From NCBI GenBank assembly GCA_963810095.1, contig CAWEMM010000009.1:224001-288000 (forward strand): 64,000 bases of DNA. Reading direction: 5' to 3'. Under the pieces are notes generated by a model. That model saw only the letters and a program-made list of their open reading frames with translations, was not told the DNA's origin and ran no database searches. Every line of letters starts with the position of its first letter. The first letter of the stretch is position 1. Shown piece by piece: positions 10,345 to 20,619 of this stretch. A program made the translations under genes and the position numbers. The stretch is from an uncultured Chloroflexia bacterium. GTDB lineage: Bacteria > Chloroflexota > Anaerolineae > CG2-30-64-16.

Positions 10345-11304
10345 TCAGATCTCCGTCATGTGTCGGTCCCAGATCGAGCGGGCCAGGGCCGGACCATCCG
10401 CCGGGAGGCCGTATCGGCTGAAGTACTGGCACACTCGGACGACGTCGCGCTCAAACAGCGGAAACGCGGCCGCATGCACCGACGGATCGACCGACTGTGG
10501 AAAGTCGATGATGCGGTAGTCTCCCTGCCAGTAAAGCACGTTGAACGCAGATAGGTCTGCATGCACGCGTCCGTGGCCGAGCATCGTCTCGACGTCGGCC
10601 AACAGCGCATCGAAGAGCTGGCGAGCCTCGGTGCGCTCCAGCGTGACGCCTTGCAGGGTGGATGCCGGGTGCTTGAGATCCCCCACATACTCCATCAGGA
10701 TCGTATTGTTTGCGAAGGCGACCGGTTCCGGAACTCTCACGCCGGCTGCGTGCAGGGCCTGGAGCGAGACGTATTCATGGGCCAGCCACGACACGTGCTC
10801 CATCTCTTTGCCCTTGCGCGTCCCGGCCTTGATCGCCATCAGCGCGCGCCGGTCGCGCACCGCTTGCCCACGCACGCCCAGCACCTCGCGTCCCTGGCGG
10901 TAGAGCGCGTCGTTGCGCAGGTTCCGAAACTGCCGCGGGCGATAGACCTTGGCCGCGATTAGGTCGTGGGAGGCGGCGCTGGCGCCCCGGCAGCAGTAGA
11001 CCGTCGCCTCTTTGCCGCCCTTCACCTTCCGCAGGACATCCGAGATGAGCCGCCGGTCGTAGAACGCGCTGAGATAGTTGCGGATCCAGACGCGCTCGTA
11101 GCGCGCGCCCTGGTAAGTCGGGTTGAAGGCCGTCGCCTGCGCGTCCGGATCGTCCGCGTGCGCCAGGATTTCGTCGATTACGGCCTGGTCGCTATACCGG
11201 TCGGCCCGCTCGCCGCGCAAGCCCTTCGTCTGGGTCGCGCCGCGCTTCAACGCGCGCGGGTCAAATTCCTCATCCAACCATTGATCGGTTCGAAAACGAG
11301 CCAA
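10345..11304 (-). CDS. RIO1-family serine/threonine kinase
   Basis: KGGKEATVYC, AAKVYRP, HADLSAFNVL, IIDFPQSV. TTG start with a GAGG RBS chosen over the longer ORF call. Confidence 0.9.
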   Translation of the reverse strand: MARFRTDQWLDEEFDPRALKRGATQTKGLRGERADRYSDQAVIDEILAHADDPDAQATAFNPTYQGARYERVWIRNYLSAFYDRRLISDVLRKVKGGKEATVYCCRGASAASHDLIAAKVYRPRQFRNLRNDALYRQGREVLGVRGQAVRDRRALMAIKAGTRKGKEMEHVSWLAHEYVSLQALHAAGVRVPEPVAFANNTILMEYVGDLKHPASTLQGVTLERTEARQLFDALLADVETMLGHGRVHADLSAFNVLYWQGDYRIIDFPQSVDPSVHAAAFPLFERDVVRVCQYFSRYGLPADGPALARSIWDRHMTEI

Positions 11305-11323
11305 AGTAGCATCCTCACCAGTT

Positions 11324-11364
11324 AAAAACAAAGCGGCTGCAAGCTCGCATGCGCCTGCAACCGC
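11324..11364 (-). terminator. Intrinsic terminator in the 5' leader of the RIO kinase gene (attenuator candidate)
   Basis: Minus strand GCGGTTGCAGGC-GCATGCGA-GCTTGCAGCCGC-TTTGTTTTT, ending ~20 nt upstream of the start codon. Confidence 0.7.
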
Positions 11365-11398
11365 GCGGTGTACGGCGGCCCGGTCGGGCCAATCCGAT

Positions 11399-11479
11399 CT
11401 ATCCCGCTGTCCTGGAGCGCGCACGTGAGCACGTATTGGACGATGCACCTGCCACTACATAGCCGGGTCTGGTCACCAT
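11399..11479 (-). CDS. Putative 26-aa leader peptide (MVTRPGYVVAGASSNTCSRARSRTAG)
   Basis: Strong SD AGAAAGGAGG 13 nt upstream of the ATG (long spacing). The stop lies ~35 nt before the terminator hairpin. Confidence 0.45.
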   Translation of the reverse strand: MVTRPGYVVAGASSNTCSRARSRTAG

Positions 11480-11573
11480 AGGCCTTCGTGCGCCTCCTTT
11501 CTGGATGAGTCTGTTGTCTACAGTATCACACCGAGTGTGACCTGTCAAAACGCGGCGGAGCGCCGCGACCTGT

Positions 11574-11618
11574 AATGAACGGCCCTCGGGGCGTCAAACA
11601 CCTCGAGGGCCGTTCGTT
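11574..11618. terminator. Stem-loop downstream of the lipoprotein gene
   Basis: AATGAACGGCCCTCGGGG-loop-CCTCGAGGGCCGTTCGTT. Confidence 0.7.
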
Positions 11619-11632
11619 AGCTACATCGCCGG

Positions 11633-12931
11633 TCAGGGCGTGGTTGTGCCCGAACCAGAGCTGCCCGTGCCCGTTCCCGCGCCGGTCGTGCCGGTGCCGG
11701 TCGTGCTGCCCCCAGCCGTCATCTGGCTGAGGAAGTCCTTGACGAATTGCTGCATGGCCTGCTGATCGCAGGTGCCGCTCGTCTGGTAGACGGTCACGAT
11801 CACGTTACCGCCCATGGCCGACGTGGAGCTGCTGGACGAATCCGAGCTGCTAGTGCTGGTCGAACCCGTGCCGAGGTCGAGCAGAGCCGAGGTCACCGGT
11901 GCCGAGGTCGAGCCAGAGCTGCTCGTGCCCGAGGTCGAGCCGCTCATGTCGCTGTTCTGGCCCCAGATGTAGGTGCGCGAGGCGCAGACTGCATCGTACT
12001 GGTTGGTCGTGTCCTTGAAGTTGGAAACCGTTACTGCTTGGAAGCCGCCGACCGTGGCCGTCATCATGTCGCTCGAGCCGACGCCAGTCGTCGAGCCGGT
12101 GGTGCTGCCCGTGCCGGTGCCCGTGGTGTCCGTCATCGTGCCCGTGGCGCCGGTGCTGCTGCCGGTGCTCGAAGTCGAGCCGGAGCCGCTCGTGCCAGAG
12201 TTGGTCATGTCGCTCTGAATCCAGTCCTGGAGCGAGGTCGCCGTCACGTCGGTCGCCCGGCGCAGTTCGACGACATAGGTGTTACCCTGGTACTGGCCCG
12301 TCATGGTGAAGACGTCACCCGAGCTCAGGCTCGAGCCGGCGGCGCCGGTTGAGCCCGTGCCGGTGGTGTCCGTCATCGTGCCGGTGGCGCCGGTGCTGCT
12401 GCCGGTACCGGTGCTGTTCGCCGAGCCAACGCCGGCGGTGAAGCCGGTCGGCATGGCGAAAGTCCAGCCGCCCAGCGCATTCTGCGCGCCTGTCGACGAC
12501 GTGTTGCCCGTACCGGTGCTGCTGCCCGTTCCAGAGCCGGTGCCCGTGGTATCCGTCATCGTGCCCGTGGCGCCGGTGCTGCTGCCCGTGCCGGTACCCG
12601 TAGTGTCCGTCATCGTGCCCGTGGCGCCGGTGCTGCTGCCCGTGCCGGTACCCGTGGTGTCCGTCATCGTGCCCGTGGCGCCGGTGCTGCTGCCCGTGCC
12701 CGAGCCCGTGGTATCCGTCATCGTGCCCGTCGCGCCGGTGCTGCTGCCCGTGCCGGAGCCGGTACCCGTGGTATCCGTCATCGTGCCCGTCGCGCCTGTG
12801 CTGCTGCCCGTGCCCGTGCCGGTGCTGCTGCCGCTACTCGGGTTGCTCGCCTGGCCCTGGCCGGCACAACCTGCCAGGACCATGACGAATATCACCGCCA
12901 TCACCATGGCCATAAACCGGAAATTCTTCAC
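11633..12931 (-). CDS. Ser/Thr/Gly-rich lipoprotein with one interrupted copy of a two-Cys PsbP-like domain
   Basis: Signal peptide with lipobox VLAGC. GTG start follows GGAGG (alternative ATG at 12943). Domain blocks align by eye with the two neighbouring lipoproteins. Confidence 0.8.
   Translation of the reverse strand: MKNFRFMAMVMAVIFVMVLAGCAGQGQASNPSSGSSTGTGTGSSTGATGTMTDTTGTGSGTGSSTGATGTMTDTTGSGTGSSTGATGTMTDTTGTGTGSSTGATGTMTDTTGTGTGSSTGATGTMTDTTGTGSGTGSSTGTGNTSSTGAQNALGGWTFAMPTGFTAGVGSANSTGTGSSTGATGTMTDTTGTGSTGAAGSSLSSGDVFTMTGQYQGNTYVVELRRATDVTATSLQDWIQSDMTNSGTSGSGSTSSTGSSTGATGTMTDTTGTGTGSTTGSTTGVGSSDMMTATVGGFQAVTVSNFKDTTNQYDAVCASRTYIWGQNSDMSGSTSGTSSSGSTSAPVTSALLDLGTGSTSTSSSDSSSSSTSAMGGNVIVTVYQTSGTCDQQAMQQFVKDFLSQMTAGGSTTGTGTTGAGTGTGSSGSGTTTP
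12515..12830 (-). repeat. Coding tandem repeat ([16 protein letters not shown]-like) x5, plus 2 dispersed copies (~12130, ~12370)
   Basis: The DNA core (g/a)tccgtcatcgtgcc recurs 7 times, with a unit length of 54-60 nt. Confidence 0.9.
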
Positions 12932-13058
12932 ACTTCCCTCCATGTCTGTACGTCTCTCAAAATGTTTGGCTCTTGCCAATGTCAATCTCAACGAGGATAG
13001 ACTATCCGGTGTTCCAAGTCATCGTCCAAATTGCGTATTTCCGCCCGTCGCCTGCCTC

Positions 13059-14440
13059 TCACTTCGGCTGCGTCATTTTGGCGGCCAGGTCCTCCAGCAC
13101 ACTCGGGTTGCACGTCTGGCCGTTGGCCTGTGCTACCGTGGCCGTATAGCCGCGCTTGCCGCCGCCCGCCGGATTGTCCGCGACGATATACATGCGCACC
13201 GCCGGGCACTGGTACCCCTGCATCTTCACCCCGCTCGCCATCGCGATCTGGGTCGAATTCCCTTGCGAGGTATAGTCGAGGCGGACTCCCTGCATGTCGA
13301 TGCCCAAGTCCGCCAGGTCTGCCCGGGCCCATTCCTCCACGCCCACCTCGGGCGCATCGCGCACCCAGACCATGTCGGCCAGATAGGCGTTGCCCTGGTA
13401 GTCACCTTGCAGGTGAGCCGTATCGCCAAGGCGATCCATCGTCCACCCTTCGGGATACGCGAACGAGAACGCATTGAAGAAGCGCGGTCTGCTGCCAGCC
13501 CGCGCCCGTGGGACTGGGCGTAGCCGTAGGGGCAACCTGGGTTGCTGCCGCGGTCGGGCTTGCCTCGGGACGGACGGGCGTCGCAACGGGCTGCTCCGTC
13601 CCCCCCACTTGGGCCAGGTAGGCGTCGACAAACGCGCTCGAGGGCCTGCGGATCGCACGCTGCCCCTTCCGCCTGCGACACGACCCCCAGCGCCTGCCGC
13701 TGGTTGCGCCCGGCCGGGTTGGCGGTCCAGAGGTACACGTATGCCACCGGACAAGCGTAGTCAGGGTCCTTCACGCCGCCCACCACGGCGATCTGTACGT
13801 TTCCGGCCTGCGCGTAGCGGACGTTCGCGCCGTCGATGCCCATCCGCTGGAGGTCCCCGCTCACCCATTCCTGCAGCGACCCCGCGTGGACCTGCACGCT
13901 CCTGGTCAGCTGGAACACGACATCGCGGTTCTGCCACGATCCGGTCATCAGCAAGGCGTCGCCGCGTTCGCGCACGGTCCAACCGGGCGGGTAGGCGAAT
14001 GGGAAGGCGTCTTTGAAGCGTCCGAGCTGCCAGCCACCTTGCTTGGCTTCCCCTTGGCCGCCAAACAAGCGCGAGCTGAAGCTCTGCCACCAGGTGGCGA
14101 CGTCGGGGCGCCCGTTGCCCTGGGATGCAGGCAGAGTGTCGCCTGCGTTACCCTGGTTTGCCTTGGCCTTGCCTTTGCCGTTGCCGTTGTTGCCCTCGTT
14201 CTTGCCGTTCTTGCCCTTATCCTGGTTACCCTTGCCGTTATTGCCCTTATCGTCTTTTCCGGGGTTCGGCTTGTCGGCCCTCGGTCCGGGTTGGAACGAG
14301 GCTGCGTACGAGCCGGCTTCGGTGCTGCTTCCGGGCAGGCGCGCCGTGTCTTGCGCGGCCATACTTTGTGCAGCGCAGCCCGACAGCGCCATTGCCGCCC
14401 CCATTGTCAAGGCAAAGAAAGTGCCCTTGAAGCCCTTCAT
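13059..14440 (-). CDS. Lipoprotein with two copies of a two-Cys PsbP-like domain (frameshifts ~13630, ~13487)
   Basis: Lipobox ALSGC and a G/K/N low-complexity stretch. Domain 1 is FPFAYPPGWTV...CPVAYVY...CDP, then a PT linker, then domain 2 FSFAYPEGWTM...CPAVRMY...CNP. Confidence 0.75.
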
Positions 14441-14457
14441 TTTCGATCCTCCTGGTA

Positions 14458-15135
14458 TCAACTTCGCACCTCCGCGATCAACGCGTCGGCAAGTCGCTCC
14501 ACGTTGGCCGCGTCGCAGGCCGTCTTATCCGTCTGCGAAACGGTCAGAACCAGGTAGTTCTGCTCGCCGGCGAGTTTGTCGGTGCGGGCATATACCCTCA
14601 CGGCCGGGCACGACCCTTCAGGTTGCCCCGGCAGATGCAGATTCGTCACCTTGAGTGCCGGTAGGGTCTGGATAGTTGCGTCCACCCTGGGTGCACCGCC
14701 CTGACCGATCTGCTCCAGGTCCTGCTTCGCCCATGCCCCTAAGTCCTCCGTCTTGACGCCGGTGGGCCTGACGATTTCAACCTTGTATTCGTGCTCGCCA
14801 TAAGCGCCGGTTAGCACGATCTCGCCGGTTCCGGGCCGGTCGACCGTCCAGCCGTTCGGATACCCGACGTCCCACACGTCGAAGAACCGGTGCCGCTCCC
14901 ACGCCCCGACCTCGCCCGTCTGCGGCGTGCTGCCCAAGATCGACGGCGTCTCGGCCGCAGCTTGGCTTGAGCCGCCCTGTTGAACCGGATCCACCACGTC
15001 TGGTGCAGGTGTATACGATTGTTCGCCCGTCGTGCTGCCGACGCCATCCTGGCCCGCAAATCCGCTTGCGCCGCAGCCCGCTAGCAGTACTGCCAACACG
15101 GCGAGAGCGGCGAAGAGACTCCACAATTTCTTCAT
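14458..15135 (-). CDS. Lipoprotein with one two-Cys PsbP-like domain
   Basis: MKKLW...LLAGC lipobox, WDVGYPNGWTV...CPAVRVY...SQTDKTACD. Confidence 0.8.
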   Translation of the reverse strand: MKKLWSLFAALAVLAVLLAGCGASGFAGQDGVGSTTGEQSYTPAPDVVDPVQQGGSSQAAAETPSILGSTPQTGEVGAWERHRFFDVWDVGYPNGWTVDRPGTGEIVLTGAYGEHEYKVEIVRPTGVKTEDLGAWAKQDLEQIGQGGAPRVDATIQTLPALKVTNLHLPGQPEGSCPAVRVYARTDKLAGEQNYLVLTVSQTDKTACDAANVERLADALIAEVRS

Positions 15136-15185
15136 CAAGCTTACTCCAAACGCATTAAGTGTCATTTTCAACACGATCGTTCAGC

Positions 15186-15227
15186 AAAAAAAGTTCCGCC
15201 ACCACCGCAGCTGCGGTGGTGGCGGAA
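15186..15227 (-). terminator. Intrinsic terminator after the FG-GAP gene
   Basis: Perfect palindrome TTCCGCCACCACCGCAGCTGCGGTGGTGGCGGAA followed by T7 on the minus strand. Confidence 0.85.
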
Positions 15228-15252
15228 TCTGCGCCAGGTCAGTTTGGGACGA

Positions 15253-17493
15253 CTAGTTCGTCATCGTCGCATTGTTCATGATGACCGGCAGGAACATGCG
15301 CGACCCGCGCGTCGGGCTTGCCGTAGGCGTGGCTGTTTCGGTCGCCGTCGCCGTCGGGGTCGCCGTATGGGTCGGGGTGCTGGTCGGCGTATGGGTCGGC
15401 GTCGACGTCTCGGTCGCCGTGGGCGTAGCGGTCGGTGTAGGCGTGTCCTGCGGTTGGAACCGGATCAGCAGCCGCGCCGCCATCGCCGGATTGCTTTCGT
15501 AAGCCGCCCACGTCGCATAGTTTTGGGCGCCGGGAGCCGGGTCGACCAGCAGCGCCAGGTTATTGCCCGACTGCCAGTCCTGCCGGTCCAGAATTTCCTG
15601 CACAACCGACGTGAGGTCGGGAGAGTTCACCCATCCGCCCGCCCGGCTCGTGAGCGTCCAGCTTACCACGGACGAAGTGCGGGGCCGGTTGCTGATCTCG
15701 CGATAGCCGCCATAGAAGTCCTCCGCCTCGCCCCGGTCGTCGCCCGCCAGAACGAGCGGGACGGGCAGCCCACTCTGATACCGGGCATCGAGTTGCAGCG
15801 TGGCGGACATCACCCGGGCGCCGTGCGGGATCTCGATGTTCCGGAAGAGGAAGCCTCCGCTGTAGAGCGCGCCATCGGTGTTGCCGCCCGTCGTCACAGT
15901 GTCGAGCAGCGGGTAGACAACCCCGGTGTCGGTTCGCTCGTGCGCGTCGTCGTAGCAGTTGGCGATCTGCCGCTCGAGCAGCCCGGCCGCAGGTCCCGGC
16001 ACGCTTGACGTCGGATGCGGGGTGGCTGTGCCGAGGCAGGCCGCTCGCGTGGGGCTCGGGGTCGGCGTGACTTCAGGGGCGCCGGCATAGACGAAAACCG
16101 CGCCTGCGTCGATCCGCTCGACGGGATCAAAGCCCGGCGTCCCGATCGCGAGGTCTGCAAAGCCATCGTTGTTGAAGTCGGCCCCGGCGCCACTCTGGCC
16201 GTACAGGTCGCCGGCGGCCATTCCCGCCTGGCTCCATGCCGGCGGCGTAACGAGGCCGGTCGCCGAGCCGTAATAGAGCTCGGCAGCGCCGGCTTCGGAC
16301 CCGGTGGCGGGCGCCCCGATCAGAACGTCGTCGAAGCCGTCGCTGTTCGTGTCGCCTACGACGGCGATCGTCGCGCCGAAACCTGCCAGTGACGCGCCGC
16401 CATCCAGCGGTGTGCCCGTTGCCGGCAGCCCTCCGGATGCGCCCATGAAGTACGTAACCCGGCCCGTCTGACCGGACGGCCCGGTATACTGGGGGGCGCC
16501 GACAAAGACGTCGGCCAGGCCGTCGCCGTTGATGTCGCCTGCTGCGACCGCGGCCCCGCACTGCGCCTGGTCCTGGTCGCACTCGAAGGTCCAACCGGGC
16601 GTCGTCGCAACGCCGCCTGCGCCGCCGGCAAACAGGAATGCCGCGCCCTCGTTCGGCTGGCCGTTCGAGTACATGGGCGCGCCGGCGACCACGTCGGCTG
16701 CGCCGTCACCGTCGGTGTCACCAACTGCCACGCTCTGCCCGAAGCGCGCACCCGCCTGGTTGATCTCCAAGGTCGCCGCGCCGGACGTCGAGGGACCCGT
16801 GCCAGACCCGTAGTACACGAACACCGCGCCCTCGTCGACCTCGCCGTTATCCCAGCCGGGCGCGCCGACAACCAGATCGGAGAAGCCGTCGGCGTTTACG
16901 TCGCCACCTCCCAGGGCCAGGCCGAAGAGGCTGGACGGCTGCCCCGTGACCTCAAATGCAGGTGTCGGACTCAGGCCGGCCGCGGTCCCAAGATACACGT
17001 CAACCCGGCCGGCGTCGATATTGGCGCCGTCATCATAGTAGACGCCCGCGACGGCCACGTCTGCATAGCCGTCGCCGTTCACGTCGCCGATGCCGGCCAC
17101 GCTGAGCCCATACTGCTCGCCGCTCTGGGCGCCCGTGAGGGTCAGGGCGGGCGCGGGGGAGAGGCCCGTGGACGAGCCGTAGTAAATCTGTGCGCTGCCG
17201 GCGTCGGTCAGGGTGGGATCACCGACCAGGTCGGCGAGCGGCGCGCCGGCGATCAGATCGGCATAGCCGTCGCCGTTGATGTCGCCTGCGCTGGCCATGC
17301 TGCGCCCCAGCGCGTCGCCAGCCGAGCCGCCCTCCAGAACAACCGTGGGCGTAGTTACCGGGGCGGAAGGGGCCGCCACCCGTGGGGCCCGTGCCGTGCC
17401 GGCCTGCTGCGCCAGGCTGCTCGATGCCAGGGGCACGAGCAGTGCGAGCAGCAGCAAACCGGTGAAAAGGGGAGAGTACTTCTTCACTGACAT
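15253..17493 (-). CDS. Secreted FG-GAP (integrin-alpha-like beta-propeller) repeat protein with PT linker and C-terminal FLPVI tail
   Basis: Signal peptide, ~7 GDxNGDGxxDxxxGAP repeats, a beta-rich C-terminal domain, TPTPTAT linker, [16 protein letters not shown]. Confidence 0.9.
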   Translation of the reverse strand: MSVKKYSPLFTGLLLLALLVPLASSSLAQQAGTARAPRVAAPSAPVTTPTVVLEGGSAGDALGRSMASAGDINGDGYADLIAGAPLADLVGDPTLTDAGSAQIYYGSSTGLSPAPALTLTGAQSGEQYGLSVAGIGDVNGDGYADVAVAGVYYDDGANIDAGRVDVYLGTAAGLSPTPAFEVTGQPSSLFGLALGGGDVNADGFSDLVVGAPGWDNGEVDEGAVFVYYGSGTGPSTSGAATLEINQAGARFGQSVAVGDTDGDGAADVVAGAPMYSNGQPNEGAAFLFAGGAGGVATTPGWTFECDQDQAQCGAAVAAGDINGDGLADVFVGAPQYTGPSGQTGRVTYFMGASGGLPATGTPLDGGASLAGFGATIAVVGDTNSDGFDDVLIGAPATGSEAGAAELYYGSATGLVTPPAWSQAGMAAGDLYGQSGAGADFNNDGFADLAIGTPGFDPVERIDAGAVFVYAGAPEVTPTPSPTRAACLGTATPHPTSSVPGPAAGLLERQIANCYDDAHERTDTGVVYPLLDTVTTGGNTDGALYSGGFLFRNIEIPHGARVMSATLQLDARYQSGLPVPLVLAGDDRGEAEDFYGGYREISNRPRTSSVVSWTLTSRAGGWVNSPDLTSVVQEILDRQDWQSGNNLALLVDPAPGAQNYATWAAYESNPAMAARLLIRFQPQDTPTPTATPTATETSTPTHTPTSTPTHTATPTATATETATPTASPTRGSRMFLPVIMNNATMTN

Positions 17494-17708
17494 TGCCTGA
17501 CCTCCTCGAACTCTTCGATACGTCGTACAACGTCCCGCCTGAAGTACGGCATACGCGGCGGACAGTGGGCCGTGTATGCGCGCCATGTTAGCATATGGCA
17601 AGCGTATTTGAGAAAAGCACCGCGACGACGGCGCGCAACCGAATGCACCTGGAAGCGTACTATAGTAAGGAACGTTCAACTATCCCGCAGGTGACACGGA
17701 GGTTTCAC

Positions 17709-18077
17709 ATGAGCGAAAATTCGGCTCCTGATTTCAGGCGACATCGTCATAACGACGCCCCGCCCTGGGTGCTGGGCGGCGTCTTGATCGCAATCGGCGT
17801 CTTTTTGTTGCTCAGCAATGTTACCGGGCGGGGCACGGGCAATTGGTGGGCGCTCTTCATCCTGATCCCGGCCATTGGATCGCTTGCGACGGCTTGGCGA
17901 ATGTATCAGACCTCGGGCCAGATCACCGAGGTCGTTATTGGTCCCCTCGTCGGCGGCGTGATCCTGTTGTTTGTGTTCGCCATGTTGTTTTTCGGTTTCA
18001 ACTGGGGCTTGTTCTGGCCGGTGCTGTTGATCCTGGCGGGCGTCGGCGCGCTGATCGGAGTGTTCGCCCGCCGGTAA
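17709..18077 (+). CDS. Small integral membrane protein (LiaF/LiaI-TM-like)
   Basis: GGVLIAIGVFLLL, WWALFILIP, FWPVLLILAG, four hydrophobic segments. RBS GGAGG. Confidence 0.75.
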   Translation: MSENSAPDFRRHRHNDAPPWVLGGVLIAIGVFLLLSNVTGRGTGNWWALFILIPAIGSLATAWRMYQTSGQITEVVIGPLVGGVILLFVFAMLFFGFNWGLFWPVLLILAGVGALIGVFARR

Positions 18078-18080
18078 GTT

Positions 18081-18188
18081 AAATGGAACGCTGATGACGT
18101 TCGTGCTCAGGATCCTCGCTGGTTTGCCCGGAATGGCTCCATGGCTCAGCGGTGACTATTGAGGGTGGACGTCATCAGCGTTCTGTTT
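18081..18188. repeat. Intergenic element with long terminal inverted repeats (GGAACGCTGAT...ATCAGCGTTC family)
   Basis: ggaacgctgatgacgttc ... ggacgtcatcagcgttct followed by a T-run. May double as a terminator. Confidence 0.65.
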
Positions 18189-18210
18189 TTTTGGCGGCAG
18201 TAGAGTGGTT

Positions 18211-18465
18211 TCAGGCGGCGCGCAACCCGTTGCGCCGCGCCAGCTTTGCAGCGTCCCTGCGGTTAGCCAGTTCCAGCTTCTCAAGAATGTGGAGCACGTG
18301 GTTGCGGACCGCCTGCTCGCTTACGTACAGGCGCTGCGCAATCTCCTCGTTCGACGCATCCACGGAAAGCTGTTGCATCACCTTCAATTCGGTGCGATTG
18401 AGCCGGTCCAATGGGTGCGCGTCCTCAGACAGCACGCGAAATGCGGTCAATCCTGGTGAATCCAT
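18211..18465 (-). CDS. Stand-alone LuxR/NarL-type HTH protein
   Basis: LNRTELKVM...SNEEIAQRLYVSEQAVRNHVLHILEKLELANR. No receiver domain. RBS GGAGG. Confidence 0.85.
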   Translation of the reverse strand: MDSPGLTAFRVLSEDAHPLDRLNRTELKVMQQLSVDASNEEIAQRLYVSEQAVRNHVLHILEKLELANRRDAAKLARRNGLRAA

Positions 18466-18825
18466 AGGTCTATCCTCCAAGGGAAAAGACGCCTTCACAT
18501 CATAAACTGATGGCGTCTCAGCGTCGTGCAGGAAGCGACGCGGCCAATCTACTCTACACCACTTCTAACGCAGCAACATCGGCGGGATTACGGGCAGAGC
18601 CCTACAACTTTTGTCCTATTTTCTCTCGAATTCCTGATCAGATTTCATACAACTTCCCCGCTACGCTGGTGTTAACGCTTCTGGTGCGCGCGACGGGTGC
18701 CGGTCCAAGGGGCGATTTGGCCGCTGACGAGGGCCGGTCTATACTGAAGTGTAGCTTTAGTTACACCTCGCTTCGTGTTCGCGCATTGCCGTTCGCACAA
18801 TTCCAGTCCGGAGGTTCCATCGCCC

Positions 18826-20466
18826 ATGCCTGGCCTCGATTCCGAAACTCTGCAAATGGTGCTGGCCACGCTTCAGAAATACGCCGACAAAAAGCTCCCC
18901 GAAAAGCTCCTGCTTGAACTGGATCACAACGATGAGTTCCCGCGCAAGGTTCTGAAAGAGCTCTATGACCCGCGGCATCTGGGTTTGCACCTGGTCTTCA
19001 TCCCGGAGTCGTTCGGCGGGTTGGGCGGCGGCGCATACGATATATACCGCGTCTCAGAAGTCATGGCGGCCGTCGACCTGGGGATTGCGACAGGCGTGCT
19101 TGCTACATTCCTGGGCAGCGACCCGATCACGGTGGGCGGCACCCCGGAACAGCAGGCCCACTGGATGGGCCGTATCGCGGAAGAGGGCCTGCTCGTCGCC
19201 TACGGCGCCACCGAACCCCAGGCCGGCAGCGACCTAGGGGCGCTGAAAACCCGCGCGGAGCCGGTCGCCGTGGACGGTACGGTGACGGGGTACAAGATCA
19301 CCGGACGCAAACAGTGGATCTCGAACGGCGGGGAAGCGGACGTCTACACCGTGCTCGCACTGGCCCCCGGCGGACCGACCTGGTTTATTCTCGAGCGCGG
19401 CGCAGAGGGGTTCACGCAGGGTAAGCCCGAGGACAAGCACGGCATCCGGGCGAGCAACACGGCGGCCCTCTTCCTCGAGGACGTTTTTGTCCCAATCGAC
19501 CGATTGGTCGGTGGGGTCGAAGGGCAGGGCCTCATCCAGGCGCAGGCGGTGTTCGGCTACACCCGGCTGATGGTGGCCGCGTTCGGCTTGGGTGCGGGCT
19601 GGGCCGCGCTGAAGCGCGCGATCCGCTACTCGCAGCAGCGGATCCAGGCCGGCGCCCCTCTCTCTCAGAAGCAGGGCTACACCCACAAGCTGATCGTCCC
19701 CAACGCGTGCCGGCTTGAAGCGGCCCGCTCGTATATCGAGTGGACCGCCGCCCGGATCGACGACGGCGCCGGCAATCTACAGACGGAGGGGGCGGTCGCC
19801 AAGTACGTTGCGACCGAGGGCGGCAACCGGGCGGCCGAAGACAGCATCCAGGCCATGGGCGGCTACGGCTACGCCAAGGAATACATGGTCGAGAAGATCA
19901 AGCGCGACGTCCGCATCACCACGATCTACGAAGGCACGTCCGAGATCATGGAATGGACCATCGCGCGCGACCGGTGGCAGGAACACCTCAAGACGCGGGG
20001 CGGCTACTATCTCGACTGGGCCACGCGGCTGGAAGCTGCACATGCACAGCACGCCGACACGGGTGCGGGAACCGCGGCCCTTGCCGTGCGAGCACTGGCG
20101 GTCGTGCTGGAACGGTGCCGCACGGAGCGACTGACGCGCAACCAACACGTCCTCTTCCGCCTCGGCGAGCTGATCGCCTGGGCGGAGACGGCTGCGGTGT
20201 TCAGCGAGCGCACGGCCGGGTATCCGACCGCAGCGATCAACCTATCGCCCGAGACCGAAAGGACGATGGCCCGCATCTATGCCCGCGAAGCCGCCTTGAA
20301 AGTCGCAGTCGACGGCCTCCGGATCGTCGCCGGCGCGCTGCCGGCGGCCGCAGCACCGGACCTGGCATCGCAGTTGGGCCTGCCGGCCATTTATGCCGGC
20401 CAGGCCGGCCTGCTCGAAGACATGGACGCGGTCGCGCTCAAGCTGAACGAGGCGTTCCCCGGCTGA
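18826..20466 (+). CDS. Acyl-CoA dehydrogenase family protein with C-terminal extension
   Basis: [45 protein letters not shown]. Confidence 0.93.
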   Translation: MPGLDSETLQMVLATLQKYADKKLPEKLLLELDHNDEFPRKVLKELYDPRHLGLHLVFIPESFGGLGGGAYDIYRVSEVMAAVDLGIATGVLATFLGSDPITVGGTPEQQAHWMGRIAEEGLLVAYGATEPQAGSDLGALKTRAEPVAVDGTVTGYKITGRKQWISNGGEADVYTVLALAPGGPTWFILERGAEGFTQGKPEDKHGIRASNTAALFLEDVFVPIDRLVGGVEGQGLIQAQAVFGYTRLMVAAFGLGAGWAALKRAIRYSQQRIQAGAPLSQKQGYTHKLIVPNACRLEAARSYIEWTAARIDDGAGNLQTEGAVAKYVATEGGNRAAEDSIQAMGGYGYAKEYMVEKIKRDVRITTIYEGTSEIMEWTIARDRWQEHLKTRGGYYLDWATRLEAAHAQHADTGAGTAALAVRALAVVLERCRTERLTRNQHVLFRLGELIAWAETAAVFSERTAGYPTAAINLSPETERTMARIYAREAALKVAVDGLRIVAGALPAAAAPDLASQLGLPAIYAGQAGLLEDMDAVALKLNEAFPG

Positions 20467-20619
20467 GCCGGCGTGGCGCCTGGCGCGCGGTTCGACGATG
20501 AAGCATTTCGGGCACATAGCGTCAAGTGTTGCGTTGCGGCCGCGCCGCGGCCCCGGCGTTCCGACCAACCGGCGCCACAAGTTTTGATTCTACCCCTCTA
20601 TCGCTGGAGGAAAGCAGAC

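Noticed and set aside
12100-12830. Regular repeats as a CRISPR array
   Set aside because: The units are in-frame coding repeats with synonymous variation and no unique spacers.
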